Positions 21,574 to 32,819 of a DNA stretch of 64,000 bases are shown here, piece after piece (within the stretch, counting starts at the first letter, position 1; each line of letters begins with the position of its first letter). The position numbers and the translations under genes were made by a program. This DNA is from an uncultured Candidatus Rokubacteria bacterium (lineage in GTDB: Bacteria; Methylomirabilota; Methylomirabilia; Rokubacteriales; CSP1-6). The notes beneath the pieces were generated by a model. It saw only the letters and a program-made list of their open reading frames with translations. It did no database searches and had not been told where the DNA came from. The DNA is taken from the NCBI GenBank assembly GCA_963789955.1, contig CAWBMV010000022.1:480001-544000 (forward strand). Reading direction: 5' to 3'.

Positions 21574-23217
21574 TCAGAGACCAGCCAGGATCGCCGGCCG
21601 CGTCGGACCGATCTTCACGTTCGCCTCGAGCGGGCCGTTGACCGGCATGTCGAAGGACCGCGATCGTCCTCCGGATGTCGGGGTATGGAATCTAAGGTTC
21701 AGGCCGGGCAGGTGCTGCAGAGGTGTATCGGCGACGTTCGCCCGGAGGGACTCTCCGTCCCAGCGGACAGCCTCGAAGGTCGCCGATCGACGGCGCTGGA
21801 ACCATGCAACAGCACGTCCCGCGGTCGGAAACCAGGCGCCTCGTTGGCGGAGCTCACCCAACAGGTCGCAGTAGAACGCGCCCCATAGCCGCTCGGGGGC
21901 GAGACTGCGGTCGTGCCAGTTGATTGTCAGCGCACCGCCGAAGCGTTCAGTCGCGTCGATGAGCGGCCTGACGACGTCGTGCGCGGCATGCTGAGTGAGA
22001 TTGAGGTATGCCGGGTAAAACAGCGCGGTGTCCATGACGTGCAGCGGCAGCTCGAGCAGACGCGTCGCGGACAGCGGCCGGAATGCCTGCGTCGTCCCCG
22101 CGCGAAACCCGACGGTGTCGTTGTAGCCGACGGTGGAGTCGTAGGTGAACCCGGCTCGTTCCAGGTGGCGCGGTGCGTCGCCTTCCCAGTAGAGCCAGTG
22201 CATGCGGCTGCCAGCCGGCGGCGTCCCGATGACCCGAGCCACCGCCTGCCTCTCCTCTTCGCCACGCGCGCTGTCACGCCAGGCATCGATGCCATGAACC
22301 GCGACCTCGCCACCGGCGGACAGGACGGCTCCGAGCTGCCTCGCGATGTCCGGCAGGCCATAGGAGGCTCCTCGCTTTCGGGGCGCCGCCCCATGAGCCG
22401 TCAGGCCCGGATTGTTCCGCTCGGGAATGACGAAGAAGGTCGAGCCGAGCCCCTGCTCGATCTCGAGATAGCGATCGAAGTCGGACCAGAAGTCCCGGGC
22501 CCACCCCAGGTGGACGAGCGGTAACCGAAACGCCGCGGCGAGGTTCTCGCGCACCACTTCGGCCGTGATGCGCTTGCGCGACCAGTTGATGAGCGACCCG
22601 AGCACAGCACGATACAGGAAGCCGAACATCGTGCGATCGAGCTTATGCGAGCGGATCGACGCGTGGTCGACGTCATGGGTCAAGCAGGCCATGAAGCGAT
22701 GGCCGGCCGGCACTGGGGGAATTTCCACCAAGGGAATGCCGGCCGCGACGATCGTGTCGCGCAGGATCGCGATGTGACGCTCGAGGGTCGGAATGGCCGC
22801 GTAGCAGGCTGGCTGACCGCTCGTCAATAGATATCGTACTTCTCCTATGAGGTCGTATCCGAGGCGCACGATTGTTGTCCCACCCTCGCGACTGACCGAG
22901 ACGACGGACCGGTTCGTGCCTTCGACGACGACATCCGATACGTGCCCGTTGGAGGGAAATGTCAGACACGTGCCGTAGACCGGGATTCGGTCGCCTTGGT
23001 GGGTCAGAACGGTCGTCTGCCCGGCGATGCCCGCGACCGGTCGACCGGCGGCGTAAGCGATGACGAGCTGCGCCGACGGATGCTGCAGAGCGCCAGTAGC
23101 ATCGACGATGACATCGTAGCGTCTGGCACTTCGCCAAAAGTCCCATGGGGTCTTGAACAGCTCGAAGAATTCGCGCATGACACTACGCTGCTCGACGCTC
23201 GTGACGACACCGATCAT
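21574..23217 (-). CDS. Polysaccharide deacetylase family protein
   Basis: CLTHDVDH, STFFV, EVAVHG, RMHWL, YDST, ELPLHVMD and NWH motifs. Confidence 0.8.
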   Translation of the reverse strand: MIGVVTSVEQRSVMREFFELFKTPWDFWRSARRYDVIVDATGALQHPSAQLVIAYAAGRPVAGIAGQTTVLTHQGDRIPVYGTCLTFPSNGHVSDVVVEGTNRSVVSVSREGGTTIVRLGYDLIGEVRYLLTSGQPACYAAIPTLERHIAILRDTIVAAGIPLVEIPPVPAGHRFMACLTHDVDHASIRSHKLDRTMFGFLYRAVLGSLINWSRKRITAEVVRENLAAAFRLPLVHLGWARDFWSDFDRYLEIEQGLGSTFFVIPERNNPGLTAHGAAPRKRGASYGLPDIARQLGAVLSAGGEVAVHGIDAWRDSARGEEERQAVARVIGTPPAGSRMHWLYWEGDAPRHLERAGFTYDSTVGYNDTVGFRAGTTQAFRPLSATRLLELPLHVMDTALFYPAYLNLTQHAAHDVVRPLIDATERFGGALTINWHDRSLAPERLWGAFYCDLLGELRQRGAWFPTAGRAVAWFQRRRSATFEAVRWDGESLRANVADTPLQHLPGLNLRFHTPTSGGRSRSFDMPVNGPLEANVKIGPTRPAILAGL

Positions 23218-24150
23218 CGAGAGTAGTTAGCTGTCCAGCCTTCAGCGCGCCGTAGCAGCCACGCCAGGCCGCCAAGGATGGTCAGGGAGGCGATGAACAC
23301 CGGAATTCCGCTGGTGCGATGCACGAGGCCGGCGCCGATAAAGCCCGGATCAACGTGGATCGCCAGCCACGACAGCACGACGATCCGGACGGCATTCTTG
23401 ACGATCGCCACCGGGATGATTAACGCGGCGAACACGCCTACGAGCCCAGCCTCGGCGCAACACGAAGTATCCAATGACGAGGCCGTTGATCAGCAGCGCC
23501 AGGCTCGAGCGGATGCCGCTACACTCCTCGGCCACCTGGATCGTGAGACCGGGCAAGGCAAAGACGAAGCGGCTCGCGCGGAAAAACGGCATGCCGATCA
23601 GCCCAAAGATCACCGCGGAGACGTCGGCAGACGCCTTCTGCAAAGAGACGATCGCGGCCGTCTGCACCACCGGCGGCAGTGGCACCATGAAGAGCAGCAA
23701 CGCGAAAGGAAAGGTGACGCTGTATAAGGCGCGAATCCCGTAGCGGATGACGAAACTGCCGACCCAGAGCACGACCAGGCCAAGCATGCTGAGGGAGAGT
23801 CGGTGTTCGGCGTCTGCAATGAAGGCGCTCGCTCCGAGGACCGCGACTAGGAACGCGCCCATGAGCATGATCGCGAGCCCGGTGACCAGCCCGGGTCGGG
23901 CCAGCTTCACGATCCTCTCGCGATTCAAAAACACGAGGAAGGCGCTGAGAAACGGCATCAGCACGATGTGCGAATAGTGCTCGTAGTCTTCCGAATTGAG
24001 CGAGCGGCCGATGACCGTGATGAGCGGCTGCCAGCACCAGACGGCGGAGAGCAGCAACAGTGCCGCGAAGACGGCGTCGCGGCTCCGCGCGCCGAAGGCA
24101 AGATCTAGCGACGCGTTGGGAGTGGCGACCGAAACAGGCTCTTTGGACAT
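23214..24150 (-). CDS. Exosortase (EpsH/Xrt family transpeptidase), frameshifted near 23455
   Basis: YSHIVLMP, LLLFMVPLP, VAEECSGIRS (catalytic Cys), KNAVRI (Arg) and VHRTSG (His). Multi-TM. Confidence 0.9.
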
Positions 24151-24158
24151 CCGGACGC

Positions 24159-25292
24159 TCACCACGCACCCTTTCCACCCAGGACCGCGGCGGGAGTGCG
24201 GAACAGGATGAGCAGATCTGTCCACAGCGATCGAGTGCGGGCGTACTGGAGGTCCAGCCGCACCATCTCGTCGAACGTCGTCCGGCTGCGTCCCTTGACC
24301 TGCCACAGCCCGGTGATGCCGGGCGTGGCTTCGAGAATCCGGCGGCGGTGCCAGGGCGCATAGTGACGCAGCTCGTACGGCAAGGGCGGGCGCGGCCCGA
24401 CGAGCGACATCTCCCCGATGAGCACGTTCCAGAGCTGGGGCAGCTCATCGATACTCGTTTTGCGAAGGAGGTGGCCGATCGGCGTGATGCGCGGATCGTT
24501 CGTGAGCTTGAAGACTGTGTCCGTAGGCGTGGTACCGTTGCGGCCGCTCTCCTTGATGAACTTCGTGATGTACTCGTAGTGCGCCGTCTCGGCGACGTTG
24601 ACGTACATCGTCCGGAACTTGAGCATCTTGAATTGTTTGCCCATCTTGCCGATTCGAATCTGCCGGAACAGAACGTGCCCTGGAGAAGTCAGCCACACCA
24701 CGGCGGCGACCACGAGCAGCAAGGGCGCGAGCCAAACTAGAAGCGTGACGCTGGCGAAGATGTCGAGGGCGCGTTTGATCCAGTTGGAGAGTTTACGTGC
24801 GCGCTCTTCGCGAGGCAGGTCCGGATGGAAGATGGGGTCGGCGGGACCCGGGCCGGACTTCGAGTCGCCGTCGCTCGGTTCCGGATAGATCCGGAACTCG
24901 AGAGAAAAGTCGGCGATCGCCTCGGCATCAAGGCGTCGGCCGAGCTCCCGATAGATGCGGGCGCGAACCGTTTCGACCGCCGGGAGTGGTTGGGAGTCGC
25001 CGATCTCGGAGAAGATGACACCGGCGACTGTTGGCCATTTGACCCAGCCCAGGATGTCGGTCCGGCGTGTCACGGCTGCCAGGGCGTCGAGGGCGGGATC
25101 CAGCCGGTCCTTCGCCTCGAGGGACAGAAGAATGAACGGTCGGTTCGACCGCTCCGACCGTTTGCGCTCCATGACGAGCAGGTGCGAGAAGAGTCCTTCG
25201 TCGATAACGGGTGATCTGCCGTCCCGCTGTGGGGGGCGGTGAGCCTCTGCTATGTGGGGAATATCGCGCTTGCGGCTCACTGACGTTGACAT
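24159..25292 (-). CDS. Priming (undecaprenyl-phosphate) sugar transferase with extra N-terminal domain
   Basis: [48 protein letters not shown] and PGITGLWQV (Bac_transf). Start chosen at MSTSVS. Confidence 0.9.
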   Translation of the reverse strand: MSTSVSRKRDIPHIAEAHRPPQRDGRSPVIDEGLFSHLLVMERKRSERSNRPFILLSLEAKDRLDPALDALAAVTRRTDILGWVKWPTVAGVIFSEIGDSQPLPAVETVRARIYRELGRRLDAEAIADFSLEFRIYPEPSDGDSKSGPGPADPIFHPDLPREERARKLSNWIKRALDIFASVTLLVWLAPLLLVVAAVVWLTSPGHVLFRQIRIGKMGKQFKMLKFRTMYVNVAETAHYEYITKFIKESGRNGTTPTDTVFKLTNDPRITPIGHLLRKTSIDELPQLWNVLIGEMSLVGPRPPLPYELRHYAPWHRRRILEATPGITGLWQVKGRSRTTFDEMVRLDLQYARTRSLWTDLLILFRTPAAVLGGKGAW

Positions 25293-25338
25293 GCTCGCCC
25301 GCCCTAATCGAGCGGGGCGAAAACTTCCGGGACGGCAC

Positions 25339-26364
25339 TCATGCGAACGTTGCTGACTCGAGCCGATGGACACCGGCTGGCCGCCAAGTTTGAGCGATTT
25401 CTGGGTGGCCTCCAGCATCCTCACCACGCGCAGCCCCGCACGGCCATCATTGAACGGCCGCTGCCCCGAGCTGACGCAATCGAGGAAGTAGCGCGCCTCG
25501 AGCAGCAGCGCCTCGGTCTGCTCTAAGCGCGGAGCCCACATGTCGCCGCTGCGGTAGCTGACGAGGAGGTTATAGATGCCCTGCTTGCTTTCGAGCTCGA
25601 CGCCTTTGTCGTAGACCTTGACCTTCTCGGTAGGGTCGAGATCGTTCCACACGAGCATCTTCCGCTCGCCACCCACCAGGGTCGTCCGCACCTTGACCGG
25701 CGAGAGCCAGTTCACGTTGATGTGGGCCGTCACGCAGTTGGGGAAATAGAGCGTGATATACGCGATGTCCTCGAAACCGTTCAGGTGGGCTTGCCCGGTG
25801 GCCACCACTTGCTCGGGCTCCAGCCCGATCAGGTAATCCATGATGGACAGATCGTGCGGGGCCAGATCCCAGACGACGTTAACGTCGTGCTGGAACAGCC
25901 CCAGGTTGACGCGAGTCGAGTCGTAGTAGTACAGGCGTCCCAGCACACCCTGGTCGATCAGCTCCTTCATCTTCCGCACGGCGCCCGTGAACAGGAAGGT
26001 GTGGTCCACCATGATGACCAGGTTCTTCCGGTCCGCGAGCTCGATCAGGTCCTCGGCCTGCCGTCGATTCCGCCGTGAAGGGCTTCTCGACGAAGATGTG
26101 CTTGCCATTCTCGAGCGCCTGCCGGGCAAGGGCGTAGTGCGTCGACACCGGGGTGACGATGGCCACCGCGTCGATCTCCGGCGAGGTGACCACCTCGCGG
26201 GCATCGGTGATCGCCTGCGCCGCTGGATACTGGATGAGTGCACGCGCACGAGCCGCCGGGTCCCCGTCACAAATGGTGGTGACCCGGCAATCCGGGTGCA
26301 TGGCAAAGTTCCGGACGACGTTCGGGCCCCAGTATCCGTAGCCGATGACGCCGATTCTGAGCAC
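25339..26364 (-). CDS. Gfo/Idh/MocA oxidoreductase, frameshifted
   Basis: MLRIGVIGYGYWGPNVVRNF, FVEKPF and DLAPHDLSI motifs. Frameshift near 26065, and probably another near the 3' end. Confidence 0.85.
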
Positions 26365-26389
26365 GATGAAGGTCTCCTGGGTCTGTGGC

Positions 26390-27494
26390 CTAGAACACCC
26401 GCTCGGGCACGATGAGCACGTCGCCGGGGCGGAGTGCGAGGTCTTCGTTCTTCTCCGGATCGTTCATGATGTCTTTGAGGTCGACTTTCATGAGAACCTT
26501 CTTGTCACCATCGCGACGGACGAGCGTGGCGCGACTGGGTGCCGCATACTTCGTGAACCCGCCGGCCAGGCTAACGAGCTTGAGCAGGCTGAGCGCCTCG
26601 GGCTGCGAGTACACACCCGGTTTCAGGACCTCACCCATGATGTAGACGGCATTCTGCAGCTCGCCGCCGGCCGGGATGACGATCGTGTCTTCGTGCTTGA
26701 CCATCACGTTTTGTGAGACGTCGCCCTTCTGGATGAGCTTCCAGAGGTCGACGGGAATCTTTTGTTTGCCTCGGATGATGAAGGCGGAAGCCAGATCACC
26801 GCCCTCCGCAGCCCCTCCGGCGAGGAAGAGCGCGTGAAGGATGGGGACGTCCTGCTTGAGGTTGTACACGCCCAGGTTTGGCAACCTTGCCAAGCACGTA
26901 GATGCGACGGTCCTGCATCTCCTGCAGGCTGCTGCCCAGTGCAATCTCCGGTACGACGATCGTATCGTCGCGCTCGAGCGGTACATTCTTGCTGAGGTCG
27001 GCTTCCTGCACGAGCTTTCGCAGATCGACGGGCAGGGTCTTGTTCCCCCGAATGATGTAGGCCGCGGTGAGGTCGGCGTTCTCACTCGTGCCGCCGGCGA
27101 GTGTCAAGGCCTGCAGCAACGGTGTCCCCGCCCTGATTGGATATACCCCCGGCTTCAGGACCTTGCCGACGAAGTAGACGCGGAAGCTCTTGATCTCTTG
27201 AACCATCACCGAGACGTTCGGGTTCTTCACCGCGGTGCTGAGGCGCTTGGTGAGTTCCTTGGTGAGCTGCGGCACGGTCAGGTCCTGCGCCTGGAGCTCT
27301 CCGGCGAGCGGATACGAGATCTTGCCGTCTGGACGGACGACGACCGTCTGTTCGAGATCCTTGTTGTCCCACACTATGATGTGCAGGACGTCATCCGCGC
27401 CGATCCGGTATTCGTCCTCGGCCGCGCTGGCGATGATGCTGCCGCCCAGAACGCACACGAAACCGATCAGCAGGCCAGTGAAGAAAGACTTCAC
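26390..27494 (-). CDS. wza: Polysaccharide export protein (Wza/Poly_export plus three SLBB domains), frameshifted near 26870
   Basis: GTG start after GGAGG, then a signal-like segment. YRIGADDVL, VRPDGKISYPLAG, repeated G.V.KPGVY SLBB units, LRPGDVLIVPE. Confidence 0.85.
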
Positions 27495-29706
27495 GCTCCT
27501 CCGTTTCCGTGTTCGCCCGGTCTTCCCGGAGCTGACGTAGTCGTTGTACTCGGCCCAGTAACGGCGCGTCTCGCGGGGCGACAGGCCATTGACGACAACG
27601 CCGACGACACGAGCACGGACCTTCTGGAGCAGCTCCTTCGCCCGGATCAAGCTCCGGCGCTGCGTCGTACCGAAGCGCGTGACGAGCAGCACGCCATCGA
27701 CCTTGGAGCTGAGCGGCAGACAGTCGGAAACCGCCAGCACCGGCGGCGAGTCGATCAGCACGAGGTCGGCCCGCTCCCGCGCCTGCTCCAGCAGCGCGAC
27801 CATGGCGCCCGAGCTGAGGAGGGCGGCCGGATTCGCGGCCTTGATGCCCGACGGCAGGAAGTCGAAGCCTGTCGCTACACCACGAAAGCCCTTCGGCCAG
27901 GCGGCGCCCTTCTGCAGCATGTCGGTCAGGCCGTGCTCGTTCGGCACACCGACCGCGCGGTGCAGGGAAGACCGGCGCAGGTCGGCGTCGATGACGAGGA
28001 CGCGGCGGCCCGACTCGACGAAGGCCAGCGCCAGGTTCAGGAGCACCGTCGACTTGCCATCGTGCGCGGTCGGGCTCGTGACGAGCAGCGTCTTGATCGG
28101 ATGATCGAGGCCGAGGCTGTGACAGTCGATGGCCGTCCGGATCGCACGGCAGGAGTCGGCCTGCAGTGAGTGGGGGTCATGTGTCGCCACGAAGATCATT
28201 GGCGTGGTCTCCGCGTTTGCCGGAGCCCCGGACAGCGGTCGCGCCGATCGGGATCGAGCCGAGCACCGGGAGGCCGGAGGCCGCCACCACCTCTTGCTCC
28301 GTCTCGATGACCCGGCTCGCGTATTCCCGGAGCACCGCCGCCGCGACACCGAGGCCCAGACCGCCGAGCAGGCCGAGCAGCAAGGACTTCAATGGCCGCT
28401 TCGAGCTGGGCTGCTTCGGCTGCTCCGCCAGGTCGATGACGTGGATGCCGCGGACCTGGGCCTGCTCGCTGATCCGGGCGGCGGTCATCTTCTCGGCGAG
28501 CGAACCGGTGAGCTTCGCCTGGATCTCTGCCATCCGTGCCAACCCTGCGTATTCCTGCTCCTTGGCGCCCATGGAGCCCATCGACTTCTTCAGGCGGGCG
28601 ATGCGCGCTTGCACGCCGCTCTCCTGGGACCGGAGCGAGATGACCTCGACCTCGAGATCGGCCATCTGCTTCGAGAGCTGGGCGGCTTCCAGCGGCTTCA
28701 GCCGGGCAACTCCGCCCGGCCGGGGAGTTTGCTGGCCCCGTACGGCGAGTCGGAGCCGCTCCTGGGCGTCCTCAAGATCGGCGCGCGCCGCCTGAACGAG
28801 CGGATGCTGGTCGGTGTACTTCTCGTTCAATCCGACGAGCCTGGCCGCCAGCTGGGCGACCCGCTCCCGCAGCAACTGGGCGTCGCCGGCTAGCGGCCCT
28901 GACTTCCCGCCGCCCTTCAGATAGTTCAGGCGGCTCTCGGCGATCTCACGGTCGACCTGTACGTCGGACAGCGAGGTCTCCAGTTGCGTCAGCCGCTGCA
29001 GGTCGACTCTCGCCTCGTCGGGAAGCTTCACGGCCCCACCGGTTTGCGCCTGAAACTTTCTCAGGGCGTCCTGGGCGTCGGCCTGACTCGTCTTGGCCTG
29101 GGTAAAGAGGTTCTCGAGCAACTCGCGCGTGCCGCGAGCCTGCTGTCGCGCGAACGCGCTACTTCTGGAGAGCAGCACGTCGACGTAGGTGTTGGCGAGA
29201 TCGGCGGCGACCCGCGGGCTGAACGCGGTGGCCGTGAGCGTCACGGTACCGTCCCTCCCAATGTCGAAGGCCATGCGGGACTGGCGCAGCTCGCGGATAG
29301 TCAGCTCCGTCGGACTGTAGACGATCCCTTCCTGCCCCTGCCATCGCCGGATCTGGTTCATCACGGCGAGCACGTAGTCGCGGAAGCCGATCCGGCGGCT
29401 CAGCTCGTCGCGGCCCTCTTTCGGCAGCGCCTCGACGACCGCCTGGGCCAGCGAGCGGCTCCTCAGCATGACCTGGTAGAGCGAATTGACGTCGGGATTC
29501 GTGAACTCGCGAAGGAACGCGGGTTCGCTGCTCTCCGGCAGCAGGAAGAGTGTGGCCGAGGCCTCGTAGGTGTCGGGCGTCAGGAACACCGCCCACACGA
29601 TCGTCGGCAGGGCGACCGCCAGGAACACTGCGAGCACGAGACGCCAGCGATTGGCGGCCACGCGGCGGAGGAGACGCAAGTAGTCGAAGGACGGCGGCTG
29701 ATTCAT
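27491..29706 (-). CDS. wzc: Wzc-type polysaccharide co-polymerase / tyrosine autokinase, frameshifted near 28200
   Basis: N-terminal TM, coiled-coil periplasmic region, second TM, LPVLGSIP, Walker A SPTAHDGKST, IDADLRR, LIDSPP and a Tyr-containing tail. Confidence 0.85.
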
Positions 29707-30003
29707 TCAACGAACCTCCGTCGACGTTGGCTGCGACAGTCTATCGACGGATCGGACGATTTCGAGGCAGACGTGGTCTCGGTCGAGCAACTCACGAATC
29801 GCAATCCATCACTCCGTTCGAAGGTACGATCTGCGCTATGGCCCCTCAATCCGCCCAATCCCCGAATGCGCTTCGGAAAATCCCGGAGAGCCCGGCCGGG
29901 ACTCGGTGAGCGGTGAGGACGTCGATCGCCGCCCGCGTTCCGCTTGCTCGAGCGATGGCTTCGCCCCCTGTCAGGTGACGCGACTATTTCTGGTGACTGC
30001 ATC

Positions 30004-30019
30004 TGCACCGAACGAACCA
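30004..30019 (-). promoter_or_regulatory. Candidate sigma-54 promoter for the wzc-led operon
   Basis: Minus strand TGGTTCGTTCGGTGCA (GG-N10-GC), about 300 nt upstream of wzc. Confidence 0.4.
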
Positions 30020-30601
30020 GGTCGCGGTGATGAGCGGACAATACCGGACGTCAGAGGTTTCTGCCACTGACACCTTGGCCCAATCTCAGTGGCACTTTAG
30101 GCCAGTGTCGTTGAAAAACGCGTTCAGCGCGGCGCGGGGTTTGCCATGGAACTCTAGAAGCACAACGCTACGAGATGATGGCGGCCGCTATACGATTTTG
30201 CGTCGGAGAGTGGTCGTAGCCGGGCGAGATTGCACCCTCGATGTTGCTGCGGAAGTGCGATGCCAGGTCGAAGCGACGATGGTCAGCGACGGCGATGTCG
30301 CGCGATGCGACGGTTCCCGTTGGGGCGAAGTGAAGGATGGGTCGAATTTCGAAGCCCGCGTGTTAATCAGTGCCGCGTCGCACCTTGACGAGTGCAGGGT
30401 TCCCGGCCAGCGCGCGGGAAACGGGGCTTAAGCTTTCGCGGACTCAAGAGTTCGTGGTGCACTACCACGAGGAGCGGAGCGGAACGTCACGGCCTCCACA
30501 ACGCCTTGATGCGCCCGCTCCCCGCGATCGCCAGCGCCCGAGTTCGTTGCCGCGATCGCTTGGCGCGCCTGTTGCGCTGCGATCACCGGGCGCGGCCAAT
30601 G

Positions 30602-30618
30602 TGTCGACAATTCTTACA
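30602..30618. promoter_or_regulatory. Candidate enhancer-binding-protein site (TGT-N11-ACA)
   Basis: TGTCGACAATTCTTACA, ending about 60 nt upstream of the sigma-54 site. Confidence 0.55.
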
Positions 30619-30679
30619 CTCACCCACCCGGCGAGCGGGTGTCCCCCTAAACTGACTGGCAAAACTACGTTTCCGGAAA

Positions 30680-30694
30680 TGGCGCGATTATTGC
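30680..30694 (+). promoter_or_regulatory. Sigma-54 (-24/-12) promoter of the PEP-CTERM gene
   Basis: TGGCGCGATTATTGC closely matches TGGCACG-N4-TTGC. Confidence 0.75.
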
Positions 30695-30835
30695 GTGACA
30701 TGCCACGCGGAGGAGCTAGTCACCGCGATCTTGTAAAGTTTGCTGGCAGCCAAGGCCTGGCCGTTCTCTCGGAGCTGAGGCACTGGTGCGAAAGGCGGTC
30801 TGACAGAACCAAGGCAGCATCGAGGAGGGCGTGGT

Positions 30836-31723
30836 GTGAACCGAATCCCGAATAGGCGACAACCAAGACGACACACGATGACTGCCGCCCGATTCGTGTG
30901 CCTCGTGCTCGCAGCCGTCCTTCTGACCCTGCCCGACTCGGCGAGCGCGCTGCCGCAGTTTTTCGTAGACCTAGGTTCCACTGCCGCGGACGTCCAGGAT
31001 ACGGTCGCTGCCTTCCAGTCGGCTCTCGGCGCTCCCAACAATGGCAACACAGCCGGCCCGCTGCCAAGCGGAAGGCGAGAGATCAACTGGGACGGCGGCG
31101 GCGCCGTGGATGGCACGCTTTCTGGAACGCCCTTTGCCGGCTTCTCGAACCGTGGCGTCATCTTCCAGACGCCCGGCACCGGCTTCCTGCAGGGACCCGT
31201 CGGGCCGAGCGGGGCCTCGAACGACTTCTCCGACGTTTTCGGCACGAATTACAGCGGGACGTTCGCGCCCTTCAGCCAGGCGCGACTGTTCGTCCCTGTG
31301 GGCAGCAACGTCACGAGCGCCAACTTCTCGATTCCGGGCTCAAACGGGGCAGTCCCGGCGACGGTCGCCGGCTTCGGCGCGGTCTTCTCCGATGTCGACA
31401 CCGGGGCCACCACGATCGAGTTCTTCGACGCCTCCAACAATCTGATAACAACCCTGGGCGTTCCGTTCGTCACTGGTAACCAGATGTTCTCATTCGCCGG
31501 CATCCTGCTGGACCCGAGCGCGCCGGGGATCGCGAGCCTGAGAATCACCACCGGCAACGCGCAGCTCGGCGTCGCGGATGGTGGAGGTAATGACGTCGTC
31601 GCGATGGACGACTTCCTCTTCTCCGAGCCACGGGCAGTCCCCGAGCCCGCCACGCTCCTCCTCCTCGGCTCCAGCCTCGCTGGGCTGGCGAGCACCGCGG
31701 CGTTTAGGCGGCGCCGAAAGTAG
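30836..31723 (+). CDS. PEP-CTERM sorting-domain protein
   Basis: Signal peptide, Gly/Ser/Thr/Asn-rich body with REINWDG motif, C-terminal VPEPATLLLLGSSLAGLASTAAFRRRRK. Start may be the ATG at 30878. Confidence 0.92.
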   Translation: MNRIPNRRQPRRHTMTAARFVCLVLAAVLLTLPDSASALPQFFVDLGSTAADVQDTVAAFQSALGAPNNGNTAGPLPSGRREINWDGGGAVDGTLSGTPFAGFSNRGVIFQTPGTGFLQGPVGPSGASNDFSDVFGTNYSGTFAPFSQARLFVPVGSNVTSANFSIPGSNGAVPATVAGFGAVFSDVDTGATTIEFFDASNNLITTLGVPFVTGNQMFSFAGILLDPSAPGIASLRITTGNAQLGVADGGGNDVVAMDDFLFSEPRAVPEPATLLLLGSSLAGLASTAAFRRRRK

Positions 31724-31781
31724 TCCGGATTCCTGCAGCGGTGGCAGCGAGCTTGACGATCCCTTGGCCGAGGAAGGAGTC

Positions 31782-32819
31782 GTGAAGCGTCGATCAGCGT
31801 CGGCCCTACCGAAGTATCTTCTCGTCACGTCGGCTCGAAACGAAGAGCAGCTCTTGGAGCAAACAATTCGTGCCGTGCTCGCCCAAACCGTGCGCCCCGT
31901 CAAGTGGATCATCGTCAACGACGGTTCGACCGACGGTACGGCAAAGATCATCGACCGGTATGCGGCGTCCTTGGGTTGGATCGAGCGCCTCGATATGCCG
32001 ACGCACCGCGACCGAAACTTCGCCGCGAAAGCGTACTGTTTCAACGCCGCCTGGAAGGCGGTCGATGGGCTCGACTATGACGTAATCGGCAATCTCGATG
32101 CGGACATTACGTTTGAGCCCGACTATTTCGAGTTCTTGTTGACGAAGTTCGCCGAGATCCGCGATCTCGGAGTCGCTGGCACGCCGTTCTTGCAACACGG
32201 CGGCTACGATTCGTCCCGTGACAGTTTTGAAGGCGAGAATCATGTTGCGGGCGGTTGCCAACTCTTCCGGCGCGGCTGTTTCGAAGAGCTCGGCGGATAT
32301 GTTCCCGCCAAAGGTGGAGGGGTGGATTGGATCGCCGTCACAACAGCCCGGATGAATGGCTGGAAGACTCGGTCGTTTCGCGCGAAGCGTTTCATCCACC
32401 ATCGCCCCCTCGGCACCGCCGAACGCAGCTCGCTGTCAGCGTTCTATTCTTACGGCGAGAAGGATTATTGTTTCGGAGGGAGCCCTGTGTGGGAAGTCTG
32501 CAGGGTCGCGTATCGAATGAGCAAGCCCCCGCTCGTCCTGGGGGGGCTCGCGTTAGGGGCGGGCTTTCTTTCCGCGGCCATCCGCAGGGTCGAGAGGCCG
32601 GTCTCGGCTGATTTGATGCGCTTCCATCGGCTCGAGCAGATGAGAAAACTCAAGGCGATTGTCGAAACGCTCGCTCTGCTCAAAAAATTGGACAACTTCA
32701 CCCTTCACGCACGCCCCCGAAACTCTCTCCAGGGGATCATTGTCGCGATCCTGGCCGGGGCCCCGCTGGCCAGGATCGAGGCCTTGGTGGACCACTTCTT
32801 GCAGTGGCTCGTATGGTAG
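31782..32819 (+). CDS. Glycosyltransferase family 2 (paralogue of 15392-16333)
   Basis: YLLVTSARNEE, IVNDGSTD, NLDADI and GGVDW motifs. GTG start after AAGGAG. Confidence 0.88.
   Translation: MKRRSASALPKYLLVTSARNEEQLLEQTIRAVLAQTVRPVKWIIVNDGSTDGTAKIIDRYAASLGWIERLDMPTHRDRNFAAKAYCFNAAWKAVDGLDYDVIGNLDADITFEPDYFEFLLTKFAEIRDLGVAGTPFLQHGGYDSSRDSFEGENHVAGGCQLFRRGCFEELGGYVPAKGGGVDWIAVTTARMNGWKTRSFRAKRFIHHRPLGTAERSSLSAFYSYGEKDYCFGGSPVWEVCRVAYRMSKPPLVLGGLALGAGFLSAAIRRVERPVSADLMRFHRLEQMRKLKAIVETLALLKKLDNFTLHARPRNSLQGIIVAILAGAPLARIEALVDHFLQWLVW

Noticed and set aside
24159..26306. 715-aa oxidoreductase-sugar transferase fusion
   Set aside because: A 1-nt shift near 25365 would give a natural stop (RLESATFA*) at about 25339. 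The gene already has another frameshift, so this is probably an artefact.
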